64,000 nt of DNA from an uncultured delta proteobacterium (lineage in GTDB: Bacteria; Myxococcota_A; Polyangia; Polyangiales; Polyangiaceae), in assembly GCA_963716725.1 (NCBI GenBank), contig CAVQUB010000013.1, positions 320,001-384,000 on the forward strand, in the 5' to 3' direction. Numbering within the stretch: position 1 is the stretch's first letter; every line of letters starts with the position of its first letter. The notes under the pieces were generated by a model. The model ran no database searches, was not told the DNA's origin, and was given only the letters and a program-made list of their open reading frames with translations. Positions 58,412-64,000 of the stretch are shown piece by piece. The position numbers were made by a program, and so were the translations under genes.

Positions 58412-60280
58412 TCAGTCCATCACCCGGAGCCGCAGCTTGCCATCGACCGACGACTCCTTGGGGGTGACCACGGAGAGCGGGTCATCGGACAGCGGAAGTC
58501 GTTGGTTTTTGGCGTACACCGGGTGCTTGCCGTGCTTGCGGGACCACTCGGCGACGCTGGCGGTGCGGTACATCTTCTCGACGACCTGGCGCCAGCCGAC
58601 CCCGGTGTTGTAGGCGCAAAACGGAATCTCCCCCAGCTGGGTGCCGTAGGGGATGATGCACATCTCGGTGCGGCGGAAGTCGTAGTTGAAGAGATCTTGG
58701 AAGTGCATGCCGGCGACGAACAAGAAGCGCCAATCGAACGCGCTCGCGTCGCCCTCGGTGGCGCCGACGCGGCCACCCCGCGCGCCCATTTGGCTCAGCA
58801 CCTGACGCACGAGGGTCGACAACTCGAAACCCTCCGGTGCGCGCTCGGGACGGAAGTTGCGCAGCAGCGCCAGTCCCACCTCCGCCAACGTGCGCTTGGG
58901 TCCGAGCCCGGCGTCGGCCACCAAGACCAAGTCGCGGAGCAGGCGCGGGAGATCCATGATCTCTGCTACGGGCACCATCTGCTTGGTGCGCTTGTTGACC
59001 AACAGCACGGTGCCGATGCCGCAGTCGGGGTGGCAGCCGCATTTGAGTGAGCCAAACTCGGCGTCGGCGCCCAGCGTCAGGTCGACCACGTCGCTGAAGG
59101 GATTCATGGCCGAGAGGGGGAACCAATCGCGGAGCGGCTCGGTCGCGCCGAGTTGCTCTTGGAGATCTCGGGCGAGATGACTCAGGGTGTAGCGCTGTGC
59201 GCGTCGTGTCGCGTCGTCGACGTCTTCGTCGCGTCCGGTGAAGCTGATGGGCTGGAACGACACGACCGTCACTTTGTCGGCATTTTCGATGGCAAAGCGC
59301 ACGATGCGCCCGACCTCTGCGTGGTTGACCCCGCGCACGACGGTCACCACCAACACCACGTCGATGCCGGCGGCCGCGAGGTTCTCGATGGCGCGCAGCT
59401 TCACGTCGTAGAGGTTGTCGATCTTGCGATGCGAGTTTGCTTCGTTGCCGACACCGTCGAACTGGAGGTAGGCGAGCCGGAGACCTGCGGCCTTGGCCTG
59501 CCGGCAGAACTCCGGATCTTGCGCGAAGCGGATGCCGTTGGTAGCGCACTGCACGCAAAAATATCCGAGGTCTCGCGCGTAGCGGACGCTGTCGATGAAC
59601 GCTGGGTGCAGCGTGGGCTCGCCGCCTGAAAACTGCACGCTGAGCTGACGCTTTGGCTTCACCGTGAGCGCGTCGTCCAATATGCGGCGCACTTCGTCGA
59701 AGGAGAGCTCGTGCACGTAGCCAACCTGGTTGGCGTCCATGAAGCACGGCTCGCACATCATGTTGCAGCGGTTGGTGAGGTCGACAGTGAGCACCGCGCC
59801 GCGACCGTACTTCACACTCGAGGTGCCGTGGTCACGCAGGCTGGTCTTGGGCGCCAGGTAGTCGCGCCCGGGAAACAAGCTCTCGATGCGCCTCAGGAAC
59901 TCGGCGTCTACGCTCAGCACCTCTTCGAAGCGCCCGTGCGCGGGGCACGTCTTGACCATCCAGACCTCACCGTCGCGCTCGACGATGTCGGCGGGGATCT
60001 CGCCGGGATGGTTGTGCAGGACGTCCAGGGGCCTCTGGCCCGAGACAACCGCCTTGCGCACCTCTCGGACGCAGGTCGGGCAGAGCGAGTCGGTGCGGCG
60101 GGGGAAACCGAGCGCAGGGAACGAGCGCTCGCCGGCGCGGATCAACGGCGCGGGGGCCCAGTTCGGCGTGAGCGAGTCGCCGCGCGCGCGGGCGTTGTAA
60201 GCGAGGACCAAGGGCCAGAGTCGGTTCGCGGCGGCGGCGGCCAGGGTCGCGGCGCGACGACTGAAAGTTGGAGCGGGCAT
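58412..60280 (-). CDS. Radical SAM protein, tetraether lipid synthase (Tes/GDGT-MAS)-like
   Basis: N-terminal SLCPTC...KTCPAHG; RS motif TNRCNMMCEPCF; QFSGGEPT, TNGIR, YLQFDG; C-terminal CGCHPDCG, GMHFQD..NYD..R..MCII.Y, IPFCAYN. Confidence 0.85.
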   Translation of the reverse strand: MPAPTFSRRAATLAAAAANRLWPLVLAYNARARGDSLTPNWAPAPLIRAGERSFPALGFPRRTDSLCPTCVREVRKAVVSGQRPLDVLHNHPGEIPADIVERDGEVWMVKTCPAHGRFEEVLSVDAEFLRRIESLFPGRDYLAPKTSLRDHGTSSVKYGRGAVLTVDLTNRCNMMCEPCFMDANQVGYVHELSFDEVRRILDDALTVKPKRQLSVQFSGGEPTLHPAFIDSVRYARDLGYFCVQCATNGIRFAQDPEFCRQAKAAGLRLAYLQFDGVGNEANSHRKIDNLYDVKLRAIENLAAAGIDVVLVVTVVRGVNHAEVGRIVRFAIENADKVTVVSFQPISFTGRDEDVDDATRRAQRYTLSHLARDLQEQLGATEPLRDWFPLSAMNPFSDVVDLTLGADAEFGSLKCGCHPDCGIGTVLLVNKRTKQMVPVAEIMDLPRLLRDLVLVADAGLGPKRTLAEVGLALLRNFRPERAPEGFELSTLVRQVLSQMGARGGRVGATEGDASAFDWRFLFVAGMHFQDLFNYDFRRTEMCIIPYGTQLGEIPFCAYNTGVGWRQVVEKMYRTASVAEWSRKHGKHPVYAKNQRLPLSDDPLSVVTPKESSVDGKLRLRVMD

Positions 60281-60431
60281 CGAGCGGCGAACAATAGCAG
60301 ACGGGGCAGCGGCGGCGGGAGGACCGCGCCGGGTCGGAGCGCGCGGCTGGATCCCGCGGCTGATCCGCGCGGCCGGTTCCACATCGCCGGTGATTCCGAT
60401 AGCCTGCACGTGCCCAGTTCAAGGAGGGACC

Positions 60432-60857
60432 ATGTTCGACCAGGTCGAGCGGCAGGAGCTCAGCGCGGCGATCGCGGTGGCCGAAGAGGGACACCGCGGT
60501 GAGGTGCGCGTCCACCTCGAGCGCCGCTGTCCCGGACGCAACTCCCCCAGCGAGCGCGCCGAAGAGCTATTCACCGCATTCCGGATGGACCGCACGCGAG
60601 AGGACACCGCGGTGTTGCTCTACGTATCGTTCGACGATGGGCGTTCCGCCGTGCACGCGGGGTCCGGTGTGCGGCAGTCGGCAACACCCGACTACTGGCG
60701 GACCGTCGCCGAGGAGATCGAGCGCGGCTTTGCCATCGACGAACCGCTCGCCGGCCTGTGCGCGGCCATCGAACAGATCGGTGAGATGCTGCGCGTGTAC
60801 GCCCCAGGGGAAGACCTGGCGGGCAACGAGTTGCCGGACGCGATCACGATGTCGTGA
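60432..60857 (+). CDS. TPM-domain (DUF477/DUF5130-like) protein
   Basis: AI..AE....GEVRVHLE, AVLLYV, C-terminal NELPD; AGGAGG RBS. Confidence 0.85.
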   Translation: MFDQVERQELSAAIAVAEEGHRGEVRVHLERRCPGRNSPSERAEELFTAFRMDRTREDTAVLLYVSFDDGRSAVHAGSGVRQSATPDYWRTVAEEIERGFAIDEPLAGLCAAIEQIGEMLRVYAPGEDLAGNELPDAITMS

Positions 60858-60929
60858 GGCGCGGATCCGCCGCTCGACCATTCACCTCCAGCACCCCCGC
60901 GGAGCGATTGCGGGTAGAGTCGCGCCCGC

Positions 60930-62075
60930 ATGTCGGCCGGACTCGCTCACCCGCTCCTGATCGTGGGCGACGTGCACCTGCGCCGCACGCCGCGGCCCGC
61001 GGTGGACGAAGCCCTGGCGAAACTGGTGGAGAGTCATCCCGACCACGAGATCGTCCTGAACGGCGACAGCTTCGATCTTTCGACCGATCCGCCGGAGCAC
61101 CCACCGTGCGAGAGCGTTGCGAGAATCCTTGCGACCAACTCGCTCTCGCGGAACGCGCTTTCCGCTCACCTCAGCCGTGGCGGCCAGCTGACCCTGGTCG
61201 CTGGAAACCACGACGCTGCGCTGAGCTCGCCGGAGGTTACCGATGTACTTCGCTCCAAGCTCGGCGCTGGGCTCTCGGTAGCGCCCTGGTTCATTCGCCG
61301 AGGCGCGGTGCACATCGAGCACGGTCACCTCTACGATCCCGACAACGCGCCTTCTCATCCCCTGGCGCGCTGGAGCCTCGCGACGGAGCCCCTGGGCGTG
61401 GCCCTCACTCGACGCTTCGTCGCGGCGAGCGGGGTGTGGGAGTTCGCGCACGGAAACGAGACGACTCCCCTGGCTGGGCTCCTCGGCACGATCCGTCGCC
61501 ACGGCGCTCGGGCTCCGCTCAAGATTTGGCGCTACTACTCGGTTGCCACGGAGCTGACCTTCGAGGCTGGGCGTCAGCCAGGCATCGATGAGGAGCGTGC
61601 CCGCGGCGCGCGGGCGGTAGCAGAATTGGCCCGCGAGGTCGGCGTCGATGCCGACGCTCTGCACGCGCTCGCCCTGGCGTCGTGGGGCGCCACGCACCAT
61701 CGGCGCGGCGCGACCTTCCAGCGATTGTACCTGGATCGCTCCCTCGCCACGGCCACTCTGCTCGCCGCGGCCGGAGTGGCGCTCGCCGGCTCACCGGTGG
61801 GCGCCGGCGCCGCCCTGCTTTCCGCCAGCTATCTGGGGTGGTCCATCTCGCGCGGGACGAATCGATACCGCGGGCTCGTGACTCGCCGCATGGACGACGC
61901 CGCCGCGCAGATCGCCGAACTCACCCATGCCTCGGTGGTCGTGCTCGGGCACACACACCAAGTCGCTGACCGAGACGGCTACCTGAACCCCGGCTCCTTC
62001 GCCTACCCAACCGGCTCCGAGCGCCGCTTCGTGCGCGTCGTGCAGGACGGGAGTCCCGAACTCGGCGCAATCTGA
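60930..62075 (+). CDS. Calcineurin-like metallophosphoesterase with C-terminal hydrophobic segments
   Basis: GDVHL, NGDSFD, GNHD, EHGH, GHTH, YLNPGSF. Confidence 0.88.
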   Translation: MSAGLAHPLLIVGDVHLRRTPRPAVDEALAKLVESHPDHEIVLNGDSFDLSTDPPEHPPCESVARILATNSLSRNALSAHLSRGGQLTLVAGNHDAALSSPEVTDVLRSKLGAGLSVAPWFIRRGAVHIEHGHLYDPDNAPSHPLARWSLATEPLGVALTRRFVAASGVWEFAHGNETTPLAGLLGTIRRHGARAPLKIWRYYSVATELTFEAGRQPGIDEERARGARAVAELAREVGVDADALHALALASWGATHHRRGATFQRLYLDRSLATATLLAAAGVALAGSPVGAGAALLSASYLGWSISRGTNRYRGLVTRRMDDAAAQIAELTHASVVVLGHTHQVADRDGYLNPGSFAYPTGSERRFVRVVQDGSPELGAI

Positions 62076-62129
62076 GCGGCGAAGGTCGTGAGCCACGAGA
62101 TCGAGCCCGACGACCAGCCCTGGCCGAGC

Positions 62130-62594
62130 TCAGACTCCGATGCCCTCCGCCCCGAGCTCGATGAACAAGCCTTGGGCTTCGGCGTAGGGCGCGCCGTCCG
62201 CGGCGAGCAAGTGCCCGCGGGTGTGCACCTTGCGGCCTTCGACCCGGTCGATGAACGCTTCGATCAAGACGTCGCTCCCGAGGGGCAGCATGCGGCGAAA
62301 ACTGACCTCTATCTTTGCGGCGAGCACCCGGTGGCCGTTCAGCCACCCGACCTTGCCGATGGCGTCGTCGAGCACCGACGCCATGCTGCCGCCGTGCGCG
62401 TGACCGGGCGGACCTTCACACCACGGCCCGAACCACACGCGCCCGACCAGCGCGTCGTCGTTGTCGCGGCGGAAGTAAGCGACGCGCATGCGCAGGTCGC
62501 CTTCTTGCCCATGAACCCAGGACCGACCGGATTTGGCGGTGATCGGCGAGAGCGGAGACCAGCCGGTTTCGGCGACGACGGGCGGCGGCTGCAT
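62130..62594 (-). CDS. PaaI/hotdog-fold thioesterase
   Basis: EGPPGHAHGG.MASVLDD motif. Confidence 0.88.
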   Translation of the reverse strand: MQPPPVVAETGWSPLSPITAKSGRSWVHGQEGDLRMRVAYFRRDNDDALVGRVWFGPWCEGPPGHAHGGSMASVLDDAIGKVGWLNGHRVLAAKIEVSFRRMLPLGSDVLIEAFIDRVEGRKVHTRGHLLAADGAPYAEAQGLFIELGAEGIGV

Positions 62595-62601
62595 TCGAAA
62601 C

Positions 62602-63144
62602 CTAGCGTGCTCCCGCGCTGTTCCAACCGCCGTCGAGCTCGGCAACACCTTCGTGGACGTGCAGGCGCCGCTTCACGTCGAGGCCTCCGGAGAAGCCGCC
62701 GAGGGATCCGTCGGAGGCCACCACCCGGTGGCAGGGCACCAAGATGGGCAGCGGGTTTTTGGCCATTGCGGCGCCGACCGCCCGCGCAGCGCCCGGCTTG
62801 CCCACCCGCTTGGCGAGGTCGCCGTAGGTCGTGAGCTGACCGAAGCTCACGCGCATGAGCTGCCGGAGCACTCGGCCCTGGAACTCGCCGGTCAAGCGGA
62901 AGTCCGTGGCCACGCCGAAGGTGCGACGGCGACCGCGGAAGTACTCCCCGATCTCGGTCGTGGCGCGCAGGCGCGCGCGCCTTTCGAGCACGACGTCATC
63001 ACCGCCAGCCGCTCGCAAGCGTTCGAGCAGGGCAGCCGCATCGGGCTCTCCGAACTCGATGGCAACGACGCCGCGATCACTCTCGACAACGGTGAGCGGG
63101 CCCACGGGTGAGCGCAAGGTGGCGTAGCGGAATTTGACAGCCAT
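62602..63144 (-). CDS. ogt: Methylated-DNA-protein-cysteine methyltransferase
   Basis: SPVG, YF.G, TYGDLA, ARAVG.A...NP.PILVPCHRV. Confidence 0.95.
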   Translation of the reverse strand: MAVKFRYATLRSPVGPLTVVESDRGVVAIEFGEPDAAALLERLRAAGGDDVVLERRARLRATTEIGEYFRGRRRTFGVATDFRLTGEFQGRVLRQLMRVSFGQLTTYGDLAKRVGKPGAARAVGAAMAKNPLPILVPCHRVVASDGSLGGFSGGLDVKRRLHVHEGVAELDGGWNSAGAR

Positions 63145-63195
63145 TGCGCCGAGGATTGTCCGGGCAGAGCGCGCTGCCGTCAATGCGGCGCCCGC

Positions 63196-63882
63196 TCAGG
63201 GTTTGATCACCTGAGTGCCCTTGGGCGGCTTGAAATCGAACTCGCCGGCCGGAACCTTCTCGTTCACGGTGGGCGTCACGAAGTCGAATCGATTGCGGTT
63301 GCCCTGAGCGTCGAGCAGGAGCACGCGGCGAACCTGATAGGTCCCCGAATCGACGTAGAGCAGGATCTTCTGGTACGCGGGCGTCGCCTCTTTGGGCACA
63401 CCCTCGAGCACGTAGCCGCCTTCGAATTGCAAGTCCTTCGCGTTCAGCTTGCGCAGCTTGAAGCTCTTCTTGAGGTTGCCGCCACCCACCAAGAACGCGA
63501 GCGCGGCCGGGTACTGGCTCTTGCCCATGGGCTGCTCGTACATTTGCTTGTTCTCGGCCTCGTAGATCTTGATGATCTTGCCGTCCGACACCACGCGGTT
63601 GCCATTGTTGGTGTAGCGCCAGCTCATCCGACCTGGCTTCTCGAAGATCACCGACCCGGCGCTGTCTTTGCGCTTGTTGTAGGCCTTCACCTGGTAGCGC
63701 TGCTTGAAACCCGCCTTGAAGTTCTTGGTCTTGTCGTAGAACTTCTGGACGCTCTCGGCGACCTCATTGGCGCTCGGTTCGCTCTTCGCGACCGGTTTGG
63801 CCTGGGCGCTGGCGGTGGTGCTCAGCCAGAGCGGCGCCACCAAGGTGATCGAGAGGGAGAGGAGAGCGTGCCGGAGTTTCAT
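63196..63882 (-). CDS. lolA: Outer-membrane lipoprotein carrier protein LolA
   Basis: Signal peptide; F.Q....GSV.FEKPGRMSWRY, VVSDG, F.FKPPKG. Confidence 0.9.
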   Translation of the reverse strand: MKLRHALLSLSITLVAPLWLSTTASAQAKPVAKSEPSANEVAESVQKFYDKTKNFKAGFKQRYQVKAYNKRKDSAGSVIFEKPGRMSWRYTNNGNRVVSDGKIIKIYEAENKQMYEQPMGKSQYPAALAFLVGGGNLKKSFKLRKLNAKDLQFEGGYVLEGVPKEATPAYQKILLYVDSGTYQVRRVLLLDAQGNRNRFDFVTPTVNEKVPAGEFDFKPPKGTQVIKP

Positions 63883-64000
63883 GGTCGACGGGTCCTGGCG
63901 GATCTAACAAACAACGCGGGGCGGTATTCGCAGCTTGCGGCTGCTGGTGCAGGATCAGACGAGGGAGGCGCCTCGAAGATTCGCCGGAGCCGGCCTTTTA

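Noticed and set aside
58412..60280. MoaA (Moco biosynthesis) call prompted by the xdh locus
   Set aside because: It lacks the MoaA C-terminal CxxC...C and GG tail, is much longer, and has the Tes-type N- and C-terminal motifs.

Overview
A very GC-rich bacterial chromosomal window. The gene content points to a myxobacterium, probably Polyangiaceae-like; this is inference from the Ser/Thr kinase, Cys-rich repeat lipoproteins, a MYXO-CTERM-like tail and pilMNOP/Q. About 50 CDSs. In order: a Ser/Thr kinase-TPR gene running off the left edge (absent from the ORF track); an xdhC/xdhA/xdhB xanthine dehydrogenase locus whose xdhB carries a dense indel cluster; a lipoprotein-pyroglutamyl peptidase fusion; an ECF sigma factor; an outer-membrane beta-barrel + 13-heme cytochrome + Ig/cytochrome lipoprotein cluster; gdhA and cdsA; a GxxExxY gene bracketed by inverted repeats, next to an internally deleted IS630; DJ-1/archease/rtcB/CBS; pilMNOP-(ACT)-pilQ; a REC-adenylate cyclase and orphan cheB; FHA-GGDEF; an aminotransferase-LuxE...LuxC cluster split by bfr/bfd with a Fur-like box; a tetraether-synthase (Tes)-like radical SAM gene upstream of nnrS; ogt; lolA. 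No rRNA, tRNA or CRISPR array was seen. The best candidates for new biology are the porin-13-heme conduit, the Tes-like enzyme, the luciferase-less LuxC/LuxE-aminotransferase pathway and the IR-bracketed GxxExxY cassette. All calls come from reading motifs by eye; no database searches were run.
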